From assembly GCA_012295275.1 (NCBI GenBank), contig CM022672.1:30628001-30692000 (forward strand): 64,000 bases of DNA, written 5' to 3'. A program made the translations under genes and the position numbers. The stretch comes from Chrysomallon squamiferum. Its lineage: Eukaryota > Animalia > Mollusca. The notes under the pieces were generated by a model. It was not told where the DNA came from. It ran no database searches and saw only the letters and a list, made by a program, of their open reading frames with translations. Shown one piece after another: positions 24,720 through 38,810 of the stretch. The first letter of the stretch is position 1. Each line of letters starts with the position of its first letter.

Positions 24720-25452
24720 AACATACACTTGTTAAGCAGATCATATAAATATTTAAGAAAGCAATTTCACACTGGTGTGTCGTTTTGAAATTATTTAGAA
24801 AGATAAGTAACTGTATAACGAAGATAGGAATTTATGACAGAATTTAAAGGTTTAATAATACTTGTTTCTGGTGCCTTGCACTGTGTCATTTGAATAATAT
24901 TTAAACACAACTGTGCGTGAACTTAACATAAACGTGCACGTGTTGCATTCTTCCGATCTATGAAACGTAGCTCCGACGATTTTTCGTTCGCTGCGTGCAA
25001 AAAAAATAACTTCTATATTTAGAAAAGCTTAGCTTCTCAGTCAGTGCAGCGTGCGTTCGAGCCCTTGCTGTTCATCTATAACCCAAGCGAAGAATTAGCT
25101 ACGAGGACAAAATTAAGACAGTTTTTATTAACGTCTCGCAAAAGTCACAGTGAAAGAAATACATAATGGGCCATTGTGTTATAACTCGTTCGTTAGCCTC
25201 TGGTCAGTCACTGACAAACGTAAAAGTTTGAGCCCGATTATGAATTTTGTCGATTACCAGGTGCAACTGAGAGAAACACGCAACGCGCTTTAACGACCAT
25301 TAAGTAGCAGTTTAAGAGAGTCACCCAACACTTGTTTCAAATGACTCGCCGAAAACATTTGGAATTTATTCTAGGAGATTGTTCATAAACGTGATACCTG
25401 TGCGAAATAACGAAGGCGTTTCTATAAAAGAGGTTTTCGCCCAAGTTCAAGC

Positions 25453-25617
25453 ATACTTACCTGGTACGGGAGGTCACCATGATCCGCAAGGTGGTCCTCC
25501 CAGGGCGAGGCCTTTCCATTGCACTCCGGTCGGGCTGACCCGTGCGATCGCCCCAAATGCGGGCGACTCGAGTACGTAATTTTTTAGTGTGGGGGTCTGC
25601 GTTCGCGCTAACCCCTG
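25453..25617 (+). ncRNA. U1: U1 snRNA (copy 6)
   Basis: Full-length copy. Confidence 0.98.
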
Positions 25618-26291
25618 AAAATTCAAAACAAAAAAACAGTTTCTTAAAAACCTCTCAAAATGCCCGTACTGCAAAGCGTCTTTCTCTCATTCACTTAGAT
25701 TATTAACAATGCGATACTGCTGCAACATGAAATCTTAGCTGCCTTCAGTTTAGAGAATTGCTCTAAATAACTTCGTCAACGATAAATGGAAAAGAAAGCC
25801 TACGTTTTGCCTTTACCATCAACTCTGTAGATTACCTAGAGGAGCAGTAAACGAAATGATATGTTTCTTTCTCTATTTTTACGATTGTTTTGTGTTATCT
25901 TCTGTTTCAAACTATTTGAAACAGTAGACAAAACTATTGATTAAAGTCAGTTACAGAAATTTGTCGTTCGCTGTGCGTAACCTGCCTTTACGTCAAACGG
26001 AGTAACTGTACTGAGTACTCGTTACGTTACCCATTATCCTGTTAATTACTGATGAGTCAGTTCGATAAGGTCATTTGCGCTGTTTCACTGTTAATTTATT
26101 TTATTTCGTTTTATTTCATTTCATTGTTTGGTTATTTTGTTACTTTTTTAGATGATGTTACCATTTAATATATTACACTGACACAGTTAGTGAGGAGGTT
26201 GTGTAATACAAATCGACATTTGCTAAAATAAATAAATCAACACAAAAGAAATAAGTAACTATTTTTGATTTGAATTTTTTCCCAAAAAGGG

Positions 26292-26480
26292 AGTGGGCCA
26301 TTCCCGGAGGTACTGCAATACCGGGTCAACCCGTGGCAAAGGCGGAGCAAGCCCCTGACACTTCGCCTAGTTCCAAAAATCAGTTTAATATCGATGTCCC
26401 CCAATGGAGGACGTATCAGATATTAAGCTGATAAGAACAGATACTACACTTTGATCTTAGCCAAAAGGCCGAGAAGCGAT
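26292..26480 (-). ncRNA. U2: U2 snRNA
   Basis: Full-length copy. Confidence 0.98.
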
Positions 26481-27212
26481 AACATACACTTGTTAAGCAG
26501 ATCATATAAATATTTAAGAAAGCAATTTCACACTGGTGTGTCGTTTTGAAATTATTTAGAAAGATAAGTAACTGTATAACGAAGATAGGAATTTATGACA
26601 GAATTTAAAGGTTTAATAATACTTGTTTCTGGTGCCTTGCACTGTGTCATTTGAATAATATTTAAACACAACTGTGCGTGAACTTAACATAAATGTGCAC
26701 GTGTTGCATTCTTCCGATCTATGAAACGTAGCTCCGACGATTTTTCGTTCGCTGCGTGCAAAAAATAACTTCTATATTTAGAAAAGCTTAGCTTCTCAGT
26801 CAGTGCAGCGTGCGTTCGAGCCCTTGCTGTTCATCTATAACCCAAGCGAAGAATTAGCTACGAGGACAAAATTAAGACAGTTTTTATTAACGTCTCGCAA
26901 AAGTCACAGTGAAAGAAATACATAATGGGCCATTGTGTTATAACTCGTTCGTTAGCCTCTGGTCAGTCACTGACAAACGTAAAAGTTTGAGCCCGATTAT
27001 GAATTTTGTCGATTACCAGGTGCAGCTGAGAGAAACACGCAACGCGCTTTAACGACCATTAAATAGCAATTTAAGAGAGTCACCCAACACTTGTTTCAAA
27101 TGACTCGCCGAAAACATTTGGAATTTATTCTAGGGAGATTGTTCATAAACGTGATACCTGTGCGAAATAACGAAGGCGTTTCTATAAAAGAGGTTTTCGC
27201 CCAAGTTCAAGC

Positions 27213-27374
27213 ATACTTACCTGGTACGGGAGGTCACCATGATCCGCAAGGTGGTCCTCCCAGGGCGAGGCCTTTCCATTGCACTCCGGTCGGGCTGACC
27301 CGTGCGATCGCCCCAAATGCGGGCGACTCGAGTACGTAATTTTTAGTGTGGGGTCTGCGTTCGCGCTAACCCTG
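27213..27374 (+). ncRNA. U1: U1 snRNA (copy 7)
   Basis: Full-length copy with homopolymer-length differences. Confidence 0.97.
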
Positions 27375-28045
27375 AAAATTCAAAACAAAAAAAACAGTTT
27401 CTTAAAACCTCTCAAAATGCCCGTACTGCAAAGCGTCTTTCTCTCATTCACTTAGATTATTAACAATGCGATACTGCTGCAACATGAAATCTTAGCTGCC
27501 TTCAGTTTAGAGAATTGCTCTAAATAACTTCGTCAACGATAAATGGAAAAGAAAGCCTACGTTTTGCCTTTACCATCAACTCTGTAGATTACCTAGAGGA
27601 GCAGTAAACGAAATGATATGTTTCTTTCTCTATTTTTACGATTGTTTTGTGTTATCTTCTGTTTCAAACTATTTGAAACAGTAGACAAAACTATTGATTA
27701 AAGTCAGTTACAGAAATTTGTCGTTCGCTGTGCGTAACCTGCCTTTACGTCAAACGGAGTAACTGTACTGAGTACTCGTTACGTTACCCATTATCCTGTT
27801 AATTACTGATGAGTCAGTTCGATAAGGTCATTTGCGCTGTTTCACTGTTAATTTATTTTATTTCGTTTTATTTCATTTCATTGTTTGGTTATTTTGTTAC
27901 TTTTTTAGATGATGTTACCATTTAATATATTACACTGACACAGTTAGTGAGGTTGTGTAATACAAATCGACATTTGCTAAAATAAATAAATCAACACAAA
28001 AGAAATAAGTAACTATTTTTGATTTGAATTTTTTCCCAAAAAGGG

Positions 28046-28234
28046 AGTGGGCCATTCCCGGAGGTACTGCAATACCGGGTCAACCCGTGGCAAAGGCGGA
28101 GCAAGCCCCTGACACTTCGCCTAGTTCCAAAAATCAGTTTAATATCGATGTCCCCCAATGGAGGACGTATCAGATATTAAGCTGATAAGAACAGATACTA
28201 CACTTTGATCTTAGCCAAAAGGCCGAGAAGCGAT
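28046..28234 (-). ncRNA. U2: U2 snRNA
   Basis: Full-length copy. Confidence 0.98.
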
Positions 28235-28967
28235 AACATACACTTGTTAAGCAGATCATATAAATATTTAAGAAAGCAATTTCACACTGGTGTGTCGTTT
28301 TGAAATTATTTAGAAAGATAAGTAACTGTATAACGAAGATAGGAATTTATGACAGAATTTAAAGGTTTAATAATACTTGTTTCTGGTGCCTTGCACTGTG
28401 TCATTTGAATAATATTTAAACACAACTGTGCGTGAACTTAACATAAATGTGCACGTGTTGCATTCTTCCGATCTATGAAACGTAGCTCCGACGATTTTTT
28501 TTCGTTCGCTGCGTGCAAAAATAACTTCTATATTTAGAAAAGCTTAGCTTCTCAGTCAGTGCAGCGTGCGTTCGAGCCCTTGCTGTTCATCTATAACCCA
28601 AGCGAAGAATTAGCTACGAGGACAAAATTAAGACAGTTTTTATTAACGTCTCGCAAAAGTCACAGTGAAAGAAATACATAATGGGCCATTGTGTTATAAC
28701 TCGTTCGTTAGCCTCTGGTCAGTCACTGACAAACGTAAAAGTTTGAGCCCGATTATGAATTTTGTCGATTACCAGGTGCAGCTGAGAGAAACACGCAACG
28801 CGCTTTAACGACCATTAAATAGCAATTTAAGAGAGTCACCCAACACTTGTTTCAAATGACTCGCCGAAAACATTTGGAATTTATTCTAGGAGATTGTTCA
28901 TAAACGTGATACCTGTGCGAAATAACGAAGGCGTTTCTATAAAAGAGGTTTTCGCCCAAGTTCAAGC

Positions 28968-29135
28968 ATACTTACCTGGTACGGGAGGTCACCATGATCC
29001 GCAAGGTGGTCCTCCCAGGGCGAGGCCTTTCCATTGCACTCCGGTCGGGCTGACCCGTGCGATCGCCCCAAATGCGGGCGACTCGAGTACGTAATTTTTT
29101 AGTGTGGGGGTCTGCGCGTTCGCGCTAAACCCCTG
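28968..29135 (+). ncRNA. U1: U1 snRNA (copy 8)
   Basis: Full-length copy with small insertions in stem-loop IV. Confidence 0.97.
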
Positions 29136-29804
29136 AAAATTCAAAACAAAAAAACAGTTTCTTAAAACCTCTCAAAATGCCCGTACTGCAAAGCGTCTTT
29201 TCTCATTCACTTAGATTATTAACAATGCGATACTGCTGCAACATGAAATCTTAGCTGCCTTCAGTTTAGAGAATTGCTCTAAATAACTTCGTCAACGATA
29301 AATGGAAAAGAAAGCCTACGTTTTGCCTTTACCATCAACTCTGTAGATTACCTAGAGGAGCAGTAAACGAAATGATATGTTTCTTTCTCTATTTTTACGA
29401 TTGTTTTGTGTTATCTTCTGTTTCAAACTATTTGAAACAGTAGACAAAACTATTGATTAAAGTCAGTTACAGAAATTTGTCGTTCGCTGTGCGTAACCTG
29501 CCTTTACGTCAAACGGAGTAACTGTACTGAGTACTCGTTACGTTACCCATTATCCTGTTAATTACTGATGAGTCAGTTCGATAAGGTCATTTGCGCTGTT
29601 TCACTGTTAATTTATTTTATTTCGTTTTATTTCATTTCATTGTTTGGTTATTTTTTTTTTTTTTTTTTAGATGATGTTACCATTTAATATATTACACTGA
29701 CACAGTTAGTGAGGTTGTGTAATACAAATCGACATTTGCTAAAATAAATAAATCAACACAAAAGAAATAAGTAACTATTTTTGATTTGAATTTTTCCCAA
29801 AGGG

Positions 29805-29993
29805 AGTGGGCCATTCCCGGAGGTACTGCAATACCGGGTCAACCCGTGGCAAAGGCGGAGCAAGCCCCTGACACTTCGCCTAGTTCCAAAAATCAGTTTA
29901 ATATCGATGTCCCCCAATGGAGGACGTATCAGATATTAAGCTGATAAGAACAGATACTACACTTTGATCTTAGCCAAAAGGCCGAGAAGCGAT
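29805..29993 (-). ncRNA. U2: U2 snRNA
   Basis: Full-length copy. Confidence 0.98.
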
Positions 29994-30724
29994 AACATAC
30001 ACTTGTTAAGCAGATCATATAAATATTTAAGAAAGCAATTTCACACTGGTGTGTCGTTTTGAAATTATTTAGAAAGATAAGTAACTGTATAACGAAGATA
30101 GGAATTTATGACAGAATTTAAAGGTTTAATAATACTTGTTTCTGGTGCCTTGCACTGTGTCATTTGAATAATATTTAAACACAACTGTGCGTGAACTTAA
30201 CATAAATGTGCACGTGTTGCATTCTTCCGATCTATGAAACGTAGCTCCGACGATTTTTCGTTCGCTGCGTGCAAAAAATAACTTCTATATTTAGAAAAGC
30301 TTAGCTTCTCAGTCAGTGCAGCGTGCGTTCGAGCCCTTGCTGTTCATCTATAACCCAAGCGAAGAATTAGCTACGAGGACAAAATTAAGACAGTTTTTAT
30401 TAACGTCTCGCAAAAGTCACAGTGAAAGAAATACATAATGGGCCATTGTGTTATAACTCGTTCGTTAGCCTCTGGTCAGTCACTGACAAACGTAAAAGTT
30501 TGAGCCCGATTATGAATTTTGTCGATTACCAGGTGCAGCTGAGAGAAACACGCAACGCGCTTTAACGACCATTAAATAGCAATTTAAGAGAGTCACCCAA
30601 CACTTGTTTCAAATGACTCGCCGAAAACATTTGGAATTTATTCTAGGAGATTGTTCATAAACGTGATACCTGTGCGAAATAACGAAGGCGTTTCTATAAA
30701 AGAGGTTTTCGCCCAAGTTCAAGC

Positions 30725-30887
30725 ATACTTACCTGGTACGGGAGGTCACCATGATCCGCAAGGTGGTCCTCCCAGGGCGAGGCCTTTCCATTGCACTCCG
30801 GTCGGGCTGACCCGTGCGATCGCCCCAAATGCGGGCGACTCGAGTACGTAATTTTTAGTGTGGGGTCTGCGTTCGCGCTAACCCCTG
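30725..30887 (+). ncRNA. U1: U1 snRNA (copy 9)
   Basis: Full-length copy. Confidence 0.97.
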
Positions 30888-31326
30888 AAAATTCAAAACA
30901 AAAACAGTTTCTTAAAAACCTCTCAAAATGCCCGTACTGCAAAGCGTCTTTCTCTCATTCACTTAGATTATTAACAATGCGATACTGCTGCAACATGAAA
31001 TCTTAGCTGCCTTCAGTTTAGAGAATTGCTCTAAATAACTTCGTCAACGATAAATGGAAAAGAAAGCCTACGTTTTGCCTTTACCATCAACTCTGTAGAT
31101 TACCTAGAGGAGCAGTAAACGAAATGATATGTTTCTTTCTCTATTTTTACGATTGTTTTGTGTTATCTTCTGTTTCAAACCATTTGAAACAGTAGACAAA
31201 ACTATTGATTAAACAGTTACAGAAATTTGTCGTTAAAAGTGTAACCTGCCTTTTACGTCAAAATTTGTCGAGAGTTACGTTACCCATTATCCTGTTAAAC
31301 GGATAGCAATACGTAACTGAACGAAG

Positions 31327-31526
31327 NNNNNNNNNNNNNNNNNNNNNNNNNNNNNNNNNNNNNNNNNNNNNNNNNNNNNNNNNNNNNNNNNNNNNNNNNN
31401 NNNNNNNNNNNNNNNNNNNNNNNNNNNNNNNNNNNNNNNNNNNNNNNNNNNNNNNNNNNNNNNNNNNNNNNNNNNNNNNNNNNNNNNNNNNNNNNNNNNN
31501 NNNNNNNNNNNNNNNNNNNNNNNNNN
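31327..31526. other. Assembly gap (200 N) inside the snRNA array
   Basis: A run of N; both flanks deviate from the unit consensus. Confidence 1.
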
Positions 31527-31628
31527 CCCAATGGAGGACGTATCGAGATATTAAGCTGATAAGAACTAGATTTATTTTTTTATCTTTAATACTACACTTT
31601 GATCTTAGCCAAAAGGCCGAGAAGCGAT
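31527..31628 (-). ncRNA. U2: Partial U2 snRNA cut by the gap (low-quality contig end)
   Basis: U2 5' half with an aberrant T-rich insertion next to the gap. Confidence 0.75.
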
Positions 31629-32359
31629 AACATACACTTGTTAAGCAGATCATATAAATATTTAAGAAAGCAATTTCACACTGGTGTGTCGTTTTGAAAT
31701 TATTTAGAAAGATAAGTAACTGTATAACGAAGATAGGAATTTATGACAGAATTTAAAGGTTTAATAATACTTGTTTCTGGTGCCTTGCACTGTGTCATTT
31801 GAATAATATTTAAACACAACTGTGCGTGAACTTAACATAAATGTGCACGTGTTGCATTCTTCCGATCTATGAAACGTAGCTCCGACGATTTTTCGTTCGC
31901 TGCGTGCAAAAAATAACTTCTATATTTAGAAAAGCTTAGCTTCTCAGTCAGTGCAGCGTGCGTTCGAGCCCTTGCTGTTCATCTATAACCCAAGCGAAGA
32001 ATTAGCTACGAGGACAAAATTAAGACAGTTTTTATTAACGTCTCGCAAAAGTCACAGTGAAAGAAATACATAATGGGCCATTGTGTTATAACTCGTTCGT
32101 TAGCCTCTGGTCAGTCACTGACAAACGTAAAAGTTTGAGCCCGATTATGAATTTTGTCGATTACCAGGTGCAGCTGAGAGAAACACGCAACGCGCTTTAA
32201 CGACCATTAAATAGCAATTTAAGAGAGTCACCCAACACTTGTTTCAAATGACTCGCCGAAAACATTTGGAATTTATTCTAGGAGATTGTTCATAAACGTG
32301 ATACCTGTGCGAAATAACGAAGGCGTTTCTATAAAAGAGGTTTTCACCCAAGTTCAAGC

Positions 32360-32524
32360 ATACTTACCTGGTACGGGAGGTCACCATGATCCGCAAGGTG
32401 GTCCTCCCAGGGCGAGGCCTTTCCATTGCACTCCGGTCGGGCTGACCCGTGCGATCGCCCCAAATGCGGGCGACTCGAGTACGTAATTTTTTAGTGTGGG
32501 GGTCTGCGTTCGCGCTAACCCCTG
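32360..32524 (+). ncRNA. U1: U1 snRNA (copy 10)
   Basis: Full-length copy. Confidence 0.98.
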
Positions 32525-33194
32525 AAAATTCAAAACAAAAAAACAGTTTCTTAAAAACCTCTCAAAATGCCCGTACTGCAAAGCGTCTTTCTCTCATTCA
32601 CTTAGATTATTAACAATGCGATACTGCTGCAACATGAAATCTTAGCTGCCTTCAGTTTAGAGAATTGCTCTAAATAACTTCGTCAACGATAAATGGAAAA
32701 GAAAGCCTACGTTTTGCCTTTACCATCAACTCTGTAGATTACCTAGAGGAGCAGTAAACGAAATGATATGTTTCTTTCTCTATTTTTTACGATTGTTTTG
32801 TGTTATCTTCTGTTTCAAACTATTTGAAACAGTAGACAAAACTATTGATTAAAGTCAGTTACAGAAATTTGTCGTTCGCTGTGCGTAACCTGCCTTTACG
32901 TCAAACGGAGTAACTGTACTGAGTACTCGTTACGTTACCCATTATCCTGTTAATTACTGATGAGTCAGTTCGATAAGGTCATTTGCGCTGTTTCACTGTT
33001 AATTTATTTTATTTCGTTTTATTTCATTTCATTGTTTGGTTATTTTGTTACTTTTTTAGATGATGTTACCATTTAATATATTACACTGACACAGTTAGTG
33101 AGGTTGTGTAATACAAATCGACATTTGCTAAAATAAATAAATCAACACAAAAGAAATAAGTAACTATTTTTGATTTGAATTTTTCCCAAAAGGG

Positions 33195-33383
33195 AGTGGG
33201 CCATTCCCGGAGGTACTGCAATACCGGGTCAACCCGTGGCAAAGGCGGAGCAAGCCCCTGACACTTCGCCTAGTTCCAAAAATCAGTTTAATATCGATGT
33301 CCCCCAATGGAGGACGTATCAGATATTAAGCTGATAAGAACAGATACTACACTTTGATCTTAGCCAAAAGGCCGAGAAGCGAT
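33195..33383 (-). ncRNA. U2: U2 snRNA
   Basis: Full-length copy. Confidence 0.98.
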
Positions 33384-34114
33384 AACATACACTTGTTAAG
33401 CAGATCATATAAATATTTAAGAAAGCAATTTCACACTGGTGTGTCGTTTTGAAATTATTTAGAAAGATAAGTAACTGTATAACGAAGATAGGAATTTATG
33501 ACAGAATTTAAAGGTTTAATAATACTTGTTTCTGGTGCCTTGCACTGTGTCATTTGAATAATATTTAAACACAACTGTGCGTGAACTTAACATAAATGTG
33601 CACGTGTTGCATTCTTCCGATCTATGAAACGTAGCTCCGACGATTTTTCGTTCGCTGCGTGCAAAAAATAACTTCTATATTTAGAAAAGCTTAGCTTCTC
33701 AGTCAGTGCAGCGTGCGTTCGAGCCCTTGCTGTTCATCTATAACCCAAGCGAAGAATTAGCTACGAGGACAAAATTAAGACAGTTTTTATTAACGTCTCG
33801 CAAAAGTCACAGTGAAAGAAATACATAATGGGCCATTGTGTTATAACTCGTTCGTTAGCCTCTGGTCAGTCACTGACAAACGTAAAAGTTTGAGCCCGAT
33901 TATGAATTTTGTCGATTACCAGGTGCAGCTGAGAGAAACACGCAACGCGCTTTAACGACCATTAAATAGCAATTTAAGAGAGTCACCCAACACTTGTTTC
34001 AAATGACTCGCCGAAAACATTTGGAATTTATTCTAGGATAGTGTTCATAAACGTGATACCTGTGCGAAATAACGAAGGCGTTTCTATAAAAGAGGTTTTC
34101 GCCCAAGTTCAAGC

Positions 34115-34279
34115 ATACTTACCTGGTACGGGAGGTCACCATGATCCGCAAGGTGGTCCTCCCAGGGCGAGGCCTTTCCATTGCACTCCGGTCGGGCTGA
34201 CCCGTGCGATCGCCCCAAATGCGGGCGACTCGAGTACGTAATTTTTTAGTGTGGGGGTCTGCGTTCGCGCTAACCCCTG
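34115..34279 (+). ncRNA. U1: U1 snRNA (copy 11)
   Basis: Full-length copy. Confidence 0.98.
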
Positions 34280-34975
34280 AAAATTCAAAACAAAAAAACA
34301 GTTTCTTAAAAACCTCTCAAAATGCCCGTACTGCAAAGCGTCTTTCTCTCATTCACTTAGATTATTAACAATGCGATACTGCTGCAACATGAAATCTTAG
34401 CTGCCTTCAGTTTAGAGAATTGCTCTAAATAACTTCGTCAACGATAAATGGAAAAGAAAGCCTACGTTTTGCCTTTACCATCAACTCTGTAGATTACCTA
34501 GAGGAGCAGTAAACGAAATGATATGTTTCTTTCTCTATTTTTACGATTGTTTTGTGTTATCTTCTGTTTCAAACTATTTGAAACAGTAGACAAAACTATT
34601 GATTAAAGTCAGTTACAGAAATTTGTCGTTCGCTGTGCGTAACCTGCCTTTACGTCAAACGGAGTAACTGTACTGAGTACTCGTTACGTTACCCATTATC
34701 CTGTTAATTACTGATGAGTCAGTTCGATAAGGTCATTTGCGCTGTTTCACTGTTAATTTATTTTATTTCGTTTTATTTCATTTCATTGTTTGGTTATTTT
34801 TTTTTTTTTTTTTTTTTAGATGATGTTACCATTTAATATATTACACTGACACAGTTAGTGAGGTTGTGTAATACAAATCGACATTTGCTAAAATAAATAA
34901 AACAGGACTGAAATAAATAAATCAACACAAAAGAAATAAGTAACTATTTTTGATTTGAATTTTTTCCCAAAAGGG

Positions 34976-35164
34976 AGTGGGCCATTCCCGGAGGTACTGC
35001 AATACCGGGTCAACCCGTGGCAAAGGCGGAGCAAGCCCCTGACACTTCGCCTAGTTCCAAAAATCAGTTTAATATCGATGTCCCCCAATGGAGGACGTAT
35101 CAGATATTAAGCTGATAAGAACAGATACTACACTTTGATCTTAGCCAAAAGGCCGAGAAGCGAT
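34976..35164 (-). ncRNA. U2: U2 snRNA
   Basis: Full-length copy. Confidence 0.98.
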
Positions 35165-35893
35165 AACATACACTTGTTAAGCAGATCATATAAATATTTA
35201 AGAAAGCAATTTCACACTGGTGTGTCGTTTTGAAATTATTTAGAAAGATAAGTAACTGTATAACGAAGATAGGAATTTATGACAGAATTTAAAGGTTTAA
35301 TAATACTTGTTTCTGGTGCCTTGCACTGTGTCATTTGAATAATATTTAAACACAACTGTGCGTGAACTTAACATAAATGTGCACGTGTTGCATTCTTCCG
35401 ATCTATGAAACGTAGCTCCGACGATTTTTCGTTCGCTGCGTGCAAAAATAACTTCTATATTTAGAAAAGCTTAGCTTCTCAGTCAGTGCAGCGTGCGTTC
35501 GAGCCCTTGCTGTTCATCTATAACCCAAGCGAAGAATTAGCTACGAGGACAAAATTAAGACAGTTTTATTAACGTCTCGCAAAAGTCACAGTGAAAGAAA
35601 TACATAATGGGCCATTGTGTTATAACTCGTTCGTTAGCCTCTGGTCAGTCACTGACAAACGTAAAAGTTTGAGCCCGATTATGAATTTTGTCGATTACCA
35701 GGTGCAGCTGAGAGAAACACGCAACGCGCTTTAACGACCATTAAATAGCAATTTAAGAGAGTCACCCAACACTTGTTTCAAATGACTCGCCGAAAACATT
35801 TGGAATTTATTCTAGGAGATTGTTCATAAACGTGATACCTGTGCGAAATAACGAAGGCGTTTCTATAAAAGAGGTTTTCGCCCAAGTTCAAGC

Positions 35894-36058
35894 ATACTTA
35901 CCTGGTACGGGAGGTCACCATGATCCGCAAGGTGGTCCTCCCAGGGCGAGGCCTTTCCATTGCACTCCGGTCGGGCTGACCCGTGCGATCGCCCCAAATG
36001 CGGGCGACTCGAGTACGTAATTTTTTAGTGTGGGGGTCTGCGTTCGCGCTAACCCCTG
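35894..36058 (+). ncRNA. U1: U1 snRNA (copy 12)
   Basis: Full-length copy. Confidence 0.98.
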
Positions 36059-36841
36059 AAAATTCAAAACAAAAAAACAGTTTCTTAAAAACCTCTCAAA
36101 ATGCCCGTACTGCAAAGCGTCTTTCTCTCATTCACTTAGATTATTAACAATGCGATACTGCTGCAACATGAAATCTTAGCTGCCTTCAGTTTAGAGAATT
36201 GCTCTAAATAACTTCGTCAACGATAAATGGAAAAGAAAGCCTACGTTTTGCCTTTACCATCAACTCTGTAGATTACCTAGAGGAGCAGTAAACGAAATGA
36301 TATGTTTCTTTCTCTATTTTTACGATTGTTTTGTGTTATCTTCTGTTTCAAACTATTTGAAACAGTAGACAAAACTATTAAATGCTTTGATTAAAGTCAG
36401 TTACAGAAATTTGTTTAAATGTTGCGAGACGTTAATAAAACTGTCTTAATTTTGTCCTCGTAGCTAATTCTTCGCTTGGGTTATAGATGAACAGCAAGGG
36501 CTCGAACGCACGCTGCACTGACTGAGAAGCTAAGCTTTTCTAAATATAGAAGTTATTTTTTTGCACGCAGCGAACGAAAAATCGTCGGAGCTACGTTTCA
36601 TAGATCGGAAGAATGCAACACGTGCACATTTATGTTAAGTTCACGCACAGTTGTGTTTAAATATTATTCAAATGACACAGTGCAAGGCACCAGAAACAAG
36701 TATTATTAAACCTTTAAATTCTGTCATAAATTCCTATCTTCGTTATACAGTTACTTATCTTTCTAAATAATTTCAAAACGACACACCAGTGTGAAATTGC
36801 TTTCTTAAATATTTATATGATCTGCTTAACAAGTGTATGTT

Positions 36842-37030
36842 ATCGCTTCTCGGCCTTTTGGCTAAGATCAAAGTGTAGTATCTGTTCTTATCAGCTTAAT
36901 ATCTGATACGTCCTCCATTGGGGGACATCGATATTAAACTGATTTTTGGAACTAGGCGAAGTGTCAGGGGCTTGCTCCGCCTTTGCCACGGGTTGACCCG
37001 GTATTGCAGTACCTCCGGGAATGGCCCACT
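36842..37030 (+). ncRNA. U2: U2 snRNA (inverted block)
   Basis: ATCGCTTCTCGG...GGAATGGCCCACT read directly on the + strand. Confidence 0.98.
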
Positions 37031-37721
37031 CCCTTTTTGGGAAAAAATTCAAATCAAAAATAGTTACTTATTTCTTTTGTGTTGATTTATTTATTTCAGT
37101 CCTGTTTTATTTATTTTAGCAAATGTCGATTTGTATTACACAACCTCACTAACTGTGTCAGTGTAATATATTAAATGGTAACATCATCTAAAAAAGTAAC
37201 AAAATAACCAAACAATGAAATGAAATAAAACGAAATAAAATAAATTAACAGTGAAACAGCGCAAATGACCTTATCGAACTGACTCATCAGTAATTAACAG
37301 GATAATGGGTAACGTAACGAGTACTCAGTACAGTTACTCCGTTTGACGTAAAGGCAGGTTACGCACAGCGAACGACAAATTTCTGTAACTGACTTTAATC
37401 AATAGTTTTGTCTACTGTTTCAAATAGTTTGAAACAGAAGATAACACAAAACAATCGTAAAAATAGAGAAAGAAACATATCATTTCGTTTACTGCTCCTC
37501 TAGGTAATCTACAGAGTTGATGGTAAAGGCAAAACGTAGGCTTTCTTTTCCATTTATCGTTGACGAAGTTATTTAGAGCAATTCTCTAAACTGAAGGCAG
37601 CTAAGATTTCATGTTGCAGCAGTATCGCATTGTTAATAATCTAAGTGAATGAGAGAAAGACGCTTTGCAGTACGGGCATTTTGAGAGGTTTTTAAGAAAC
37701 TGTTTTTTTGTTTTGAATTTT

Positions 37722-37886
37722 CAGGGGTTAGCGCGAACGCAGACCCCCACACTAAAAAATTACGTACTCGAGTCGCCCGCATTTGGGGCGATCGCACGGG
37801 TCAGCCCGACCGGAGTGCAATGGAAAGGCCTCGCCCTGGGAGGACCACCTTGCGGATCATGGTGACCTCCCGTACCAGGTAAGTAT
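37722..37886 (-). ncRNA. U1: U1 snRNA (copy 13, inverted block)
   Basis: Reverse complement of the array U1 (CCAGGTAAGTAT at the right end). Confidence 0.98.
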
Positions 37887-38621
37887 GCTTGAACTTGGGC
37901 GAAAACCTCTTTTATAGAAACGCCTTCGTTATTTCGCACAGGTATCACGTTTATGAACACTATCCTAGAATAAATTCCAAATGTTTTCGGCGAGTCATTT
38001 GAAACAAGTGTTGGGTGACTCTCTTAAATTGCTATTTAATGGTCGTTAAAGCGCGTTGCGTGTTTCTCTCAGCTGCACCTGGTAATCGACAAAATTCATA
38101 ATCGGGCTCAAACTTTTACGTTTGTCAGTGACTGACCAGAGGCTAACGAACGAGTTATAACACAATGGCCCATTATGTATTTCTTTCACTGTGACTTTTG
38201 CGAGACGTTAATAAAAACTGTCTTAATTTTGTCCTCGTAGCTAATTCTTCGCTTGGGTTATAGATGAACAGCAAGGGCTCGAACGCACGCTGCACTGACT
38301 GAGAAGCTAAGCTTTTCTAAATATAGAAGTTATTTTTTTTTTGCACGCAGCGAACGAAAAATCGTCGGAGCTACGTTTCATAGATCGGAAGAATGCAACA
38401 CGTGCACATTTATGTTAAGTTCACGCACAGTTGTGTTTAAATATTATTCAAATGACACAGTGCAAGGCACCAGAAACAAGTATTATTAAACCTTTAAATT
38501 CTGTCATAAATTCCTATCTTCGTTATACAGTTACTTATCTTTCTAAATAATTTCAAAACGACACACCAGTGTGAAATTGCTTTCTTAAATATTTATATGA
38601 TCTGCTTAACAAGTGTATGTT

Positions 38622-38810
38622 ATCGCTTCTCGGCCTTTTGGCTAAGATCAAAGTGTAGTATCTGTTCTTATCAGCTTAATATCTGATACGTCCTCCATTG
38701 GGGGACATCGATATTAAACTGATTTTTGGAACTAGGCGAAGTGTCAGGGGCTTGCTCCGCCTTTGCCACGGGTTGACCCGGTATTGCAGTACCTCCGGGA
38801 ATGGCCCACT
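38622..38810 (+). ncRNA. U2: U2 snRNA (inverted block)
   Basis: Full-length copy. Confidence 0.98.

Noticed and set aside
31200-31600. Variant spacer and U2 with an insertion next to the N gap
   Set aside because: Typical low-quality contig-end consensus rather than a real variant.
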